Assembly (NCBI GenBank): GCA_963514005.1
Contig: OY740811.1
Coordinates: forward strand, 18,600,001-18,664,000
Origin: Raja brachyura
Taxonomy: Eukaryota
Length of the DNA: 64,000 bases
Direction of reading: 5' to 3'
This document shows, piece after piece, positions 55,901-64,000 of the stretch (position 1 is its first letter; each line of letters begins with the position of its first letter). The notes beneath the pieces were generated by a model that saw nothing but the letters and a program-made list of their open reading frames with translations, was not told the DNA's origin and did not search any database. Position numbers and translations under genes: made by a program.

Positions 55901-58900
55901 TAGGCATTCGTAACAAATTGAGCTACCTGTCTTTGGACACGTTCGATGGAAGAAAGGGACTGTCAATAAGGAGGAGTTTTTAAGGTGGGGTTGAATTTAT
56001 TATTGGAAAGTCTGGAAATCAGCAAACCGAGGACAAGGAAGAGGGTGACTAAGCAAAATGTGAGTCTTTATTACAGCCTGTGTTATAATCAGCTCCACTC
56101 ATAATTCAGTAGCTAATATTCACAAATGATTTTTTACAAGTGTCTCATACTCACAAAAGGAATCGGGGCAGGTGAATCGTATTCTGTAATCTTGACATGA
56201 GCCATCAGGTTGGTTGCTGTTCATACAAAAGAATCCAGTAGAAACGTTGCAACTGTTGAGTGAAATGTAGGGAGGTGTGATAAAGTAGTTGATAAAACTA
56301 CTGATGCTCTTTGAATGAATTAATAGAAGTGCAATAATATAGTCAGCTATATTTTGTACCTGGTAATGTTCTCTCCAGTCTGAGATGCCGGAATCCCTGA
56401 CGTTGTTTCCACCTCACAGGCGATTGGATCCATGCAGATCTGACCGGGATTCTCATTTCGCAGATTGGGGAAGACTTCATAATCTCCAAATCCTGATGGG
56501 TTATCACGGTCAAACCACACAGTTTTGCAATTCCCTACTGAAGAGCAGAAAGAGAAAGTAGATTCAAAGTGAACATTGGTTCTGATGGATTGACACAAAA
56601 TGATGGAGCAAATTAGCTAGGCAGGTCGCATCGCTAGAGTAAAGGAATAGGTGATGGTTAATGACGAGACATTTCTTCAGACTGACAGTCAGGGGAGAGT
56701 GAAATTAGTGGTGTGAAAAAGTACAGAACAAATCAGACTCTGACCTAATGGCCTAAGAGCCCACATGGTCCATTGATGGCTTTGGAGGAGGTGATAACAA
56801 GGGGATACAAACAGGAAAAGAAGCAGGATGATTAGGGCAGGTGAGGGATGGAGAGGGAGGGAATGCAAGGGTTACATGAATTTAAAATAATCAATATACA
56901 TAATGCTGGTTTGAAAGCTGAGCAAGTGAAATATGAGGTGCTATTCCTTCAATTTGTATGTGACTACACTCTGACAGTGGAGGTGACCCAGGACAGAACG
57001 GGTCTGCACTGTCAGAGTACTTTTCTGTCCTGGGCCACCTCCACGGTGAGAGTAAGGCCATAAGCATATTGGAGTAAGAGCACCTCATATTTTGGTTGGG
57101 AAGCTTAAACCCAATGTTATGCATATCAATTTCTCTAATTTCATGTAATCTTTGCCTTCCACCTCTCTCCTTCTCCAACATAGTCGTCCGATGAGGCTTA
57201 TTATTGTAGGCTCTTTTGCCATCGGTGCCAGCTCTGATTTGTTCTCTGCCTTTTCGTAGCTCTAGTTTTCCTCTCCCCTGACTCGCAGACTGAAGACAGG
57301 TCTCGAGCCGCAACGCCATCTATTCCTTTTCTACAGAGATGCTGAGTAGCTCCAGCATTTTCTTTCAATCTTCAGAGTAAACCAGCATCTGCAGATCCTT
57401 TGTACACGTTTGGTCTAATGGACCTGATAGTTTTGTTAATCTTGTTGGGCACAACTTTCATGAATAATATTTCTCTTCAGACCGCATCACATGCTCAAGC
57501 ACATGAGACCTGGTTCCAGCTCCCTCCACCTTCTTCACTGTTCTGTCCATCTCTTCACTTTTTTCTGCTTGCCCCATATTTGCTGATATAGGTGAATGTT
57601 TCCTCTCATTGCTGCCATTGGTCCTGACCCCTTCACATCAATCACCATCACCCTCACCTCAATAATATCCCAACTTTGTAAAATACCAGCCTGATACCAA
57701 GTCACAGAATCAGTACGTAATCCATGTCTAGGTTTTCTGGTCCTCCTCGTGTCAATTCCACCTCCTGCAATCATGAATCATGCCTGGCGGAATACTCAAA
57801 TGACTCTTAAGTGAGTCACTTTCCTCACGTGAACAAGTGTTGTCAGAGGACCGGAAAAACGCAGATGGTACTCCTTTGTTCAAGATAGGGGCAAAGATGA
57901 TCCCAAAAAATGACAGGCCTTTACGATGAATCAACACCACACATGAAGTTGATGTGAGTACTCTAGTTGACTTCTAACACATAAATCAGATCAATCAAGA
58001 AAGTAAGAATTAGGAGCAGGAGACAGAGATATGGCCATTTGAACCAGCAATCTTTGACTTCAGGTCCATTTACCAGCACTATCAACATATTGTTTAACAT
58101 CCAGAAAACTAACAATCACTTCTGAATAACCTCGAATGCTCTCTGGAATGAAGAATGACAAAAATACACCACCTTCCGAGTGGAACAATTTATCGTATTT
58201 CAGTCCCAAAATATCATCCTCTCATTCTGAGACAGTGGTGCATGCAACTGGAGTCCAAAGCGACAGGTTTGACTTTCCATTCTACAATCCCTAGAGAAAA
58301 AGGTTCTAGTCTGAAGAAGGATCCCGACTAGAAACATCGCCTATTCATGATCTCAGAGATGATGCCTGACACGATCAGTTACTCCACACTTTATTTCTTA
58401 TTTTGTATTCGAATATCTGCTGTACTTTGTATTCCTATGTTTTGCAATTTCTTCTCATGTGGCTAAATCACAATTTGTGCTACCTTTCCCGTGAATCTGT
58501 TTCGCATTCCCTCCATGGCATGGACACCTTTCGCTTTCTTAATAAGCTGATAACTACAAGCAACTGTTAACGTTCAGGTGCGCTGTTGCGTCTATAATCT
58601 GTTGTGGCAGTATTTTAATTTGGTTATTATGTAGTGTATATTAAAACATACAGGATGAAGCTGATAAGAGCTTTCATATTGCTGTTAACATTGCCCTCTT
58701 TATAATGGGAGGGGTATACTCACCAGGAGGTTCGGTAACTTCACCTAAAAGGAGAAACAAACAATTCAAGTTCAAGTTCAAGTGAGTTTATTGTCATCTG
58801 TCCCTGATGAGACAATGAAATTCTCTCTTTACTTCAGCAGAACAGAACATAGTCGGCATTGACTACAAAACAGATCAGTGTGTTCATATACCATTATATA

Positions 58901-61900
58901 AATATATACACACATGAATAAATAAACTGATAAAGTGCAAATAATAGATAATGGGTTATTAGTTTAGTTAATTCGAATAATTCAGTTAATTATCCTTTGA
59001 AACATGTTCAGATTTAATGATTGTCAGCAAATATCTGCCCCATCTGTGCACGAGTCTGCACACCACACGTTGGCCTCATCAACCACATCAGAACTCATAG
59101 AACCAGAGATTAAGCATGCCACCCTCCAACCAAAGGTTCGTGGTTCATGGTCGTCCAAAATATTCCAAATGGAATTTAAACTGGAGGTGGCGGAGGGTGG
59201 ACTTAAGCAAAAAAGGATTATTGGAGAAGAAGCGCTGCCTTAAATTTAGTTGCATCAGGTTGAGTAACTATGGTAGGGTGAAGACTATTCCATGCTTTAA
59301 TTGTGCAGGGGAAGAATGAATTGCTGTACACATCTGTCTTGATAGCTGGTATCTCAAATTGGATCGTATGCCGTAATATGGTCCTGATAGAGTTGGGTTT
59401 GGTGTAGGTTTGATAATCTCTGTCGAGTTGACCATTTAACATTTTGTAACAAGAAGTCAAACAGTGAGCTTGCTTCTCTCTCATAGGTATTCGTAACAAA
59501 TTGAGCTACCTGTCTTTGGACACGTTCGATGGAAGAAAGGGACTGTCAATAAGGAGGAGTTTTTAAGGTGGGGTTGAATTTATTATTGGAAAGTCTGGAA
59601 ATCAGCAAACCGAGGACAAGGAAGAGGGTGACTATGCAAAATGTGAGTCTTTATTACAGCCTGTGTTGTAATCAGCTCCACTCATAATTCAGGAGCTAAT
59701 ATTCACAAATGATTTTTTACAATTGTCCCATACTCACAAAAGGAATCGGGGCAGGTGAATCGTATTCTGTAATCTTGACATGAGCCATCAGGTTGGTTGC
59801 TGTTCATACAAAAGAATCCAGTAGAAACGTTGCAACTGTTGAGTAGAATGTAGGGAGGTGTGATAAAGTAGTTGATAAAACTACTGATGCTCTTTGAATG
59901 AAATAATAGAAGTGCAATAATATAGTCAGCTATATTTTGTACCTGGCAACGTTCTCTCCAGTCTGAGATGCCGGAATCCCTGACGTTGTCTCCACCTCAC
60001 AGGCGATTGGATCCGTGCAGATCTGGCCGGGATTCTCATTTCGCAGATCTGGGAAGACTTCATAATCTCCAAATCCTGATGGGTTATCACGGTCAAACCA
60101 CGGAGTTTTGCAATTTCCTACTGAAGAGCAGAAAGAGAAAGTAGATTGAAATTGAACATTGGGTCTGACGGATTGACACAAAATGATGGCGCAAATTAGC
60201 ACCAGGTAGCATCTCTAGAGGAAAGGAATAGGTGACGTTTCATTTTGAGACGCTTCTTCAGATTTCAGTCAGGGGAGAGAGATATTAGGGGTATGGAAAG
60301 GTTCAGAACAATTAAGAGCCTGCACTAACGGCCAAAGGTGATAATGAGGGGATACCAACAATAAAATTCGCAGGATGCTGGGGAGGTGAGTGATGGAGAG
60401 AGAGGGACGTGTTGAATTTCAAATAATGAATATTCATAATGCTGGGTTGTTAGCTGAGCAAGTGAAATATGAGGTGCTGGTCCTCCAATTTGCATGTGGC
60501 AGAACTCTGACATTGGAGGTGGCCCAGGACAGAACGAGTCTGTCTCCACTGTCATCGTGCTTTTCTATCCGGCACCACCTTCACTGTCAGAGTAAGGCCT
60601 TTTGCAAATTGGAGTAACAGCACCTCATATTTTGGTTGGGTAGCTCACAACCCAATAGTTTGCACATTAATTTCTCTAATTTCAGGTCACCTTTATCTTC
60701 CAACTCTCTCCTTCTCTTCTCCACCTTAGTCGTCCGATAAGGTTTATTATTGTGGGCTCTTTGGCCATCGGTGCCAGCTCTACTTTGTTCTGTACGTTTT
60801 CATACCTCTAGTTTCCCTCTTCCGTGTCTCTCAGACTGAAGACTGGTCTTGAAATAAAACGACATCTATTCATTTTCCCCAGAGATGCTGACCGACCCGC
60901 TGAGTAGCTCCAGCATTTTGAGAATATCATCGGAGTAAATAAGCATCTGCTGATCCGTTGTACACATTTGGTCTAGCAGACCTGATAGATTTGCTAACCT
61001 TGTTCGGCACAACTTACATGAACAATATTTCTCTTCAGAAAGCATCACATACTCAAGTATATCACATACTCAATATTGTTGAATATCTGGTAGAAACTTT
61101 GGTTCTAGTCCGAAGAAGGGTCCCGACTAGAAACATCACCTACTCATGAATCCCAGAGACGATGTCTGACGTGATCAGTTACTCCAGCACTTTGTTTCTT
61201 ATTTTGTAATCCAATATCCGCTGTACTTTGTATTCCTAGTCTTTGTAATTTCTTTGCAGTTTCTTCTCATGCGGCTAAATCACAATTTCTGCTACCTTTC
61301 CCGTGAATTTGTTTTGCATTGCCTCCATGACATGGACATATTTTGTTTCCTTAATAAGCTGATAACTACAAACAACCCTTGAGGTTCAGTCGCACTCTTG
61401 CGTCTATAATCTGTTGTGGAAGTTTTTTTAACTTGGTTATTATGTAGCTGATATTAAAACATACTGGATGAAGCTCATAAGAGCTTTCATATTGCTGTTA
61501 ACATTGCCCTCTTTATAATGGGAGGGATATACTCACCAGGAGGTTCGGTAACTTCACCTAAAAGGAGAAACAAACAATTCAGTTAAAAACATGTCTTTGA
61601 AACATGTTCAGATTTAATGATTGTCAGCAAATATCTGCCCGATCTGTGCAAGAGTCTGCACATCACATGTTGACCTCATCAACCACATCAGAACTCATAG
61701 AACCCTAGATGAATCATGCTACCCTCCAACCAAAGGTTCTTGTTTCTTGGTTCTCGTAAAGAATTCGCACGTACACAGAGAAATCTTTACTACTACTTTA
61801 TTAATTAAACACACACATCACTGCCCTAGCTGTATGTGGTCTGTCACGGATACTAGAGAGTGAGCTAAGGTTGGGAAGGTCACAATTATATTGAATGATA

Positions 61901-62991
61901 AGGGAAGTGCTTAGAAAGGGCTAGGTCACCACTACTAAAGGTGTACACACATATCATCTACAGTTCTTGGTTGTCCAAAATATTCCAAATGGAATTTAAA
62001 CTGGAGGTGGCGGAGGGTGGAGAGGTGAGCAAAAAAGGATTCTTGGAGAAGAAGCGCTAACTTAAATTTAGTTGCGTCTGGTTGAGTAACTATGGTAGGC
62101 TGAAGACTATTCCATGCTTTAATTGTGCAGGGGAAAAATGAATTTCTGTACACATCTGTCTTGGTAGCCGGTATCTCAAATAGGGTCGAATGTCCTTGTC
62201 TGCTCCAGATAGATTTGGGTTTGGTGTCGGTTTGATAATCTCTGTCGAGTTGACCATTTTGTAAAAACAAGTCAAACTGTGAGCTTTACGTCTGTCTTGG
62301 ACAGGGTTCCACCCCAGTGAATTCAGAAGTTTAGTAACACTCGCTTCTCTCTCATAGGTATTCGTAACAAATCGAACTACCTGTCTTTGGACACGTTCGA
62401 TGCAAGAAAGGGACTGTCAATAAGGAGGAGTGTTTAAGGTGGGGTTGAAGTTACTATTGGAAAGTCTGGAAATCAGCAAACAACGGACAAGGAAGAGGGT
62501 GGCTAAGGAAAAGGTGAGTATTTATTACAGCCTGTGTTATAATCAGCTCCACTCATAATTCAGTAGCTAGTATTCACAAATGATTTTTTACAATTGTCTC
62601 ATACTCACAAAAGGAATCGGGGCAGGTGAATCGTATTCTGTAATCTTGACATGTGCTATCAGGTTGGTTGCTGTTCATACAAAAGAATCCAGTAGAAACG
62701 TTGCAACTGTTGAGTAGAATGTAGGGAGGTGTGATAAAGTAGTTGATAAAACTACTGATGCTCTTTGAATGAAATAATAGAAGTGCAATAATATAGTCGG
62801 CTATATTTTGTACCTGGCAAAGTTCTCTCCAGTCTGAGATGCCGGAATTCCTGACGTTGTCTCCACCTCACAGGCGATTGGATCCGTGCAGATCTGACCG
62901 GGGTTCTCATTTCGCAGATGGGGGAAGGTTTCATAATCTCCAAATCCTGATGGGTTATCACGGTCAAACCACACAGTTTTGCAATTCCCTA
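1188..62991 (-). CDS. Internal part of a giant multi-exon gene encoding at least 22 tandem WxxW/CysD (mucin/CILP-type) domains; 66 exons in the window, gene open at both window ends
   Basis: Recurrent exon trio with polypyrimidine-AG acceptors and GTAC/GTGAGT/GTAAGT donors. Phases join in frame: G|TA=Val, AG|T=Ser, T|GT=Cys. The motif C[17 protein letters not shown]...IC..P...E......PA..TG......C....GF.C.N..Q....C.DY.IRF.CP matches the Mucin2_WxxW/CysD family by recognition; no database search was run. Confidence 0.9.
2283..2310 (-). ncRNA. Minimal type I hammerhead ribozyme motif
   Basis: Minus strand reads CUGAAGA-A-GGGUC(UC)GACCC-GAAACGUC: conserved core, perfect 5-bp stem II, palindromic ACGU stem III, weak stem I. 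Confidence 0.65.
2601..2628 (-). ncRNA. Hammerhead motif, second repeat (GAAACAUC variant)
   Basis: CUGAAGAAGGGUCUCGACCCGAAACAUC; the same variant occurs at 13002-13029. Confidence 0.55.
4229..4993 (-). CDS. CysD module 2: exons A 4816-4993, B 4611-4708, C 4229-4249
   Basis: As module 1; acceptor reads CAGCAG so the first residue is Ala. Confidence 0.88.
5048..5790. mobile_element. Inverted pair of decayed Penelope-like 3' fragments (GIY-YIG C-terminus, UTR, decayed hammerhead); present in the long intron of most units (example shown)
   Basis: Minus arm ~5048-5452 translates [36 protein letters not shown]; plus arm ~5479-5790 translates [29 protein letters not shown]. Both arms end in a ctgaagaagggtctcgacccgaaacgtc-like remnant. 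Confidence 0.7.
6441..7197 (-). CDS. CysD module 3: exons A 7020-7197, B 6823-6920, C 6441-6461
   Basis: Intact exons, NSIQPDRAC variant. Confidence 0.88.
9012..9768 (-). CDS. CysD module 4: exons A 9591-9768, B 9394-9491, C 9012-9032
   Basis: Copy of module 3 at +2571 bp. Confidence 0.88.
11583..12332 (-). CDS. CysD module 5: exons A 12155-12332, B 11965-12062, C 11583-11603
   Basis: Intact; module 1-like, with the 92-nt A/B intron. Confidence 0.88.
12621..13097 (-). mobile_element. Second copy of the 477-bp hammerhead-bearing insertion, co-duplicated with its unit
   Basis: Same insertion site and structure as 2220-2696. Confidence 0.75.
14262..15018 (-). CDS. CysD module 6: exons A 14841-15018, B 14644-14741, C 14262-14282
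   Basis: Intact, NSIQ variant. Confidence 0.88.
16834..17607 (-). CDS. CysD module 7: exons A 17430-17607, B 17225-17322, C 16834-16854
   Basis: Variant [24 protein letters not shown] / [10 protein letters not shown], visible in track ORFs 17291..17692 and 17190..17420. Confidence 0.88.
18242..18998 (-). CDS. CysD module 8: exons A 18821-18998, B 18624-18721, C 18242-18262
   Basis: Intact, NSIQ variant; synonymous CCT>CCC change in the micro-exon. Confidence 0.88.
20816..21572 (-). CDS. CysD module 9: exons A 21395-21572, B 21198-21295, C 20816-20836
   Basis: Like module 8. Confidence 0.88.
23389..24163 (-). CDS. CysD module 10: exons A 23986-24163, B 23781-23878, C 23389-23409
   Basis: Module 7-type (KTPW, QRDLSC). 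Confidence 0.88.
24798..25571 (-). CDS. CysD module 11: exons A 25394-25571, B 25189-25286, C 24798-24818
   Basis: Module 7-type. Confidence 0.88.
25677..26957 (+). mobile_element. 5'-truncated young CR1-clade LINE (HER1-like), antisense to the host gene
   Basis: Open 392-aa RT frame at 25694-26872 ([25 protein letters not shown]). The 3' UTR GGCCTGTTTCCGTGCTGTAA is followed by a (GTTATATG)-like tail. TSD GGTAAG at 25671-25676 and 26958-26963; an empty site is seen at ~29541-29560. Confidence 0.95.
25694..26872 (+). CDS. CR1 ORF2 reverse transcriptase, C-terminal fragment (no endonuclease domain)
   Basis: ORF track translation shows the non-LTR RT motifs; 5'-truncated, so non-autonomous. 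Confidence 0.85.
   Translation: MINLLEFFEEVTREIDEGKAVDVVYVDFSKAFDKVPHGRLVKKVQSLGVNGGVARWIQQWLNGRCQRVMVDGCLSGWKPVTSGVPQGSVLGPLLFVMYINDLDDGVENWISKYADDTKIGGAVDNEVDFQSLPRDLGHLEEWAERWQMVFNADKCEVLHLGRTNQNRTYMVNGRELRNAVEQRDLGITVHSSLKVESHADRVVKKAFSMLAFINQSIEYRSREVMLKLYKALVRPILEYGVQFWSPNYRKDVNKIERVQRRFTRMLPGFQQLSYRERLNKLGLYSLECRRVRGDLIEVFKMMKGIDRVDVDKLFPLRVGKIQTRGHDMRIKGQKFRGNMRGNFFSQRVVAVWNDLPAEVVEAGSILTFQSKVDRYMDGKGMEGYGLSAGRWD
28675..29448 (-). CDS. CysD module 12: exons A 29271-29448, B 29066-29163, C 28675-28695
   Basis: Module 7-type but with KTAW. Confidence 0.88.
30906..32291 (-). CDS. CysD module 13: exons A 32114-32291, B 31909-32006, C 30906-30926
   Basis: KTAW..EVFPNL..ENIT / PDSTC / CEVTEPP. 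Confidence 0.88.
31057..31264 (-). mobile_element. 208-bp solo LTR nested in the LINE tail
   Basis: Termini (c/t)gta...taca, 5-bp TSD GTTCT at 31052-31056 and 31265-31269, AATAAA near the minus-strand 3' end. Confidence 0.7.
33504..33665 (+). mobile_element. Old CR1 ORF2 fragment, repeated in most long introns (example shown)
   Basis: Translation [24 protein letters not shown] resembles the CR1 motif EDWRxAxVTPLFKKG..PGNYRPVSL. Confidence 0.65.
33728..33970 (-). mobile_element. Decayed CR1/HER1-type 3' end (example shown; shortened in left-block units)
   Basis: taagaattaggagcaggag...ggccatt is the reverse complement of the usual elasmobranch CR1/HE1 3' tail (recognised by eye). Confidence 0.5.
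34449..35840 (-). CDS. CysD module 14: exons A 35663-35840, B 35458-35555, C 34449-34469
   Basis: KTVW..ENIT / PDGSC. Confidence 0.88.
34494..34703 (-). mobile_element. ~210-bp LINE 3' end (Rex1/Babar-like) just upstream of the micro-exon acceptor in units 14-16 and 18-21 (example shown)
   Basis: Minus strand ends ...TGACAATAAACTCA(CTTGAA)3; candidate TSD AATTCA; absent from units 1-13, 17 and 22. Confidence 0.6.
35895..36700. mobile_element. Inverted Penelope-like fragment pair, right-block example with a more complete plus arm
   Basis: Same two arms; the plus arm continues through agagatgctgagtagctccagcattttgtgtct...ccagcatctgcag. Confidence 0.65.
38013..39408 (-). CDS. CysD module 15: exons A 39231-39408, B 39026-39123, C 38013-38033
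   Basis: KTVW; exon B reads [14 protein letters not shown]. Confidence 0.88.
41580..42968 (-). CDS. CysD module 16: exons A 42791-42968, B 42586-42683, C 41580-41600
   Basis: KTPW..EVFPDL..ENFA / PDRAC. Confidence 0.88.
44386..45838 (-). CDS. CysD module 17: exons A 45661-45838, B 45456-45553, C 44386-44406
   Basis: Module 13-type; linker CEVTKPP. Confidence 0.88.
44477..44578 (+). mobile_element. RTE-like LINE 3' remnant with a C2H2 zinc finger, in the B/C intron of the units (example shown)
   Basis: [23 protein letters not shown] resembles the RTE/BovB ORF C-terminal CPxCxRxxxSxIGLxSHxRTH. Confidence 0.55.
44586..45253 (-). mobile_element. 5'-truncated CR1/L2-group LINE 3' fragment in the B/C intron of all right-block units 13-22 (longest copy shown)
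   Basis: Translation ...CFYKMLNG...[19 protein letters not shown]..., a (AAGAACC)n tail and candidate TSD AAAGG. Absent from units 1-12. Other copies at ~31040-31706, 34862-35262, 38424-38822, 41991-42390, 48409-48809, 51972-52370, 55554-55952, 59137-59535 and 61737-62406. Confidence 0.75.
44604..44811 (-). mobile_element. Solo LTR, copy 2
   Basis: Same element and GTTCT TSD. Confidence 0.7.
47996..49387 (-). CDS. CysD module 18: exons A 49210-49387, B 49005-49102, C 47996-48016
   Basis: Module 14-type at +13547 bp. Confidence 0.88.
51560..52955 (-). CDS. CysD module 19: exons A 52778-52955, B 52573-52670, C 51560-51580
   Basis: KTVW, ICMDP variant. Confidence 0.88.
55142..56537 (-). CDS. 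CysD module 20: exons A 56360-56537, B 56155-56252, C 55142-55162
   Basis: Copy of module 19 at +3582 bp. Confidence 0.88.
58724..60120 (-). CDS. CysD module 21: exons A 59943-60120, B 59738-59835, C 58724-58744
   Basis: KTPW..EVFPDL..ENVA / PDGSC. Confidence 0.88.
61537..62991 (-). CDS. CysD module 22: exons A 62814-62991, B 62609-62706, C 61537-61557
   Basis: KTVW..ETFPHL..ENFA / PDSTC. Confidence 0.88.
61755..61962 (-). mobile_element. Solo LTR, copy 3
   Basis: Same element and GTTCT TSD. Confidence 0.7.
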
Positions 62992-64000
62992 CTGAAGAGC
63001 AGAAAGAGAAAGTAGATTCAAAGTGATGGATTGACAGAAAATGATGGAGGAAATTAGCTAGGCAGGTCGCATCTCTAGAGGAAAGGAATAGGTGATGTTT
63101 AATGACGAGACCTTTCTTCGGAATGACAGTCAGGGGAGAGAGAAATTAGAGGTGTGAAAAGGTACAGAACAAATCAGACCCTGACCTAATGGCCTAAGAG
63201 CCCACATGGTCCATTGTTGGCTTTGGAGGAGGTGATAACAAGGGGATACAAACAGTAAACCAAGAAGGATGATTAGGGCAGGTGAGGGATGGAGAGGGAG
63301 GGAATGCAAGGGTTACATGAATTTAAAATAATCAATATACATAATGCTGGTTTGTAAGCTGAGCAAGTGAAATATGAGGTGCTATTCCTTCAATTTGTAT
63401 GTGACCACACTCTGACAGTGGAGGTGGCCCAGGACAGAACGGGTCTGCACTGTCAGAGTACTTTTCTGTCCTGGGACACCTCCACGGTGAGAGTAAGGCC
63501 ATAAGCATATTGGAGTAAGAGCACCTCATATTTTGGCTGGGAAGCTTAAACCCAATGTTATGCATATTAATTTCTCTAATTTCATGTAATCTTTGCCTTC
63601 CATCTCTCTCCTTCTCCAACATAGTCGTCCGATGAGGCTTATTATTGTAGGCTCTTTTGCCATCGGTGCCAGCTCTGATTTGTTCTCTGCCTTTTCGTAG
63701 CTCTAGTTTTCCTCTCCCCTGACTCGCAGACTGAAGACAGGTCTCGAGCCGCAACGCCATCTATTCCTTTTCTACAGAGATGCTGAGTAGCTCCAGCATT
63801 TTCTTTCTATCTTCAGAGTAAACCAGCATCTGCAGATCCTTTGTACACGTTTGGTCTAATGGACCTGATAGTTTTGTTAATCTTGTTGGGCACAACTTAC
63901 ATGAATAATATTTCTCTTCGGACCGCATCACATACTCAAGCACATGAGACCTGGTTCCAGCTCCCTCCACCTTCTTCACTGTTCTGTCCATCTCTTCACT

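Larger units (their letters stand above)
1..64000. repeat. Tandem array of 22 exon-bearing genomic units, 1.4-3.9 kb each
   Basis: Micro-exon to micro-exon spacings: 3041, 2212, 2571, 2571, 2679, 2572, 1408, 2574, 2573, 1409, 3877, 2231, 3543, 3564, 3567, 2806, 3610, 3564, 3582, 3582, 2813 bp. The recurring ORFs in the supplied track confirm the periodicity. Confidence 0.97.
29450..64000. repeat. Higher-order repeat of four units (~13.5 kb); the second copy carries an extra unit and a third copy begins near 60.1 kb
   Basis: Constant offset of 13547 bp between track ORFs (31325/44872, 33056/46603, 34729/48276, 36193/49740, 38292/51839); offset 17151 bp between 43715 and 60866. Confidence 0.9.

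Noticed and set aside
1188-62991. Naming the gene CILP, MUC2 or MUC5AC
   Set aside because: Only the shared WxxW/CysD domain is visible; no TSP1, Ig, VWD or PTS regions are in the window, so orthology cannot be assigned.
1188-62991. Cluster of 22 separate genes, or a somatically rearranging segment array
   Set aside because: No start or signal-peptide exon, stop codon or recognisable recombination signal sequences were seen between modules, and the phases link the modules directly.
1-64000. CRISPR array, retron, DGR or other prokaryotic RT system
   Set aside because: Repeats are kilobase units containing spliceosomal introns; the only intact RT is a CR1 LINE with a TSD; there are no short repeat-spacer arrays or operons.

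Overview
Vertebrate genomic DNA. The interspersed-repeat content (HER1/CR1-like LINE, Penelope-derived pieces) points to a cartilaginous fish, probably a skate or ray; that is inference. The whole window lies inside one large minus-strand gene, with neither end visible. It contains 22 tandem copies of a three-exon module: exon A 178 nt, exon B 98 nt and micro-exon C 21 nt, totalling 297 nt or 99 aa. All splice sites are GT-AG and the module is phase 1-1. Each module encodes an 8-cysteine Mucin2_WxxW/CysD-type domain plus a short linker ([99 protein letters not shown]). If all modules are spliced together this gives at least 2178 aa of uninterrupted CysD polymer with no PTS mucin regions, and I found no stop or frameshift in any copy. 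Genomic units are 1.4-3.9 kb and fall into two blocks: a left block of mostly ~2.57 kb units and a right block with a ~13.5 kb four-unit higher-order repeat. The introns carry co-amplified TE remnants, one young CR1 insertion, a solo LTR, and a 477-bp, 1.5-mer retrozyme/Penelope-like element bearing hammerhead ribozyme motifs in the gene's sense orientation. Modules are numbered left to right, so transcription runs 22 to 1. Exon coordinates were counted by hand; TE boundaries are approximate unless a TSD is given.
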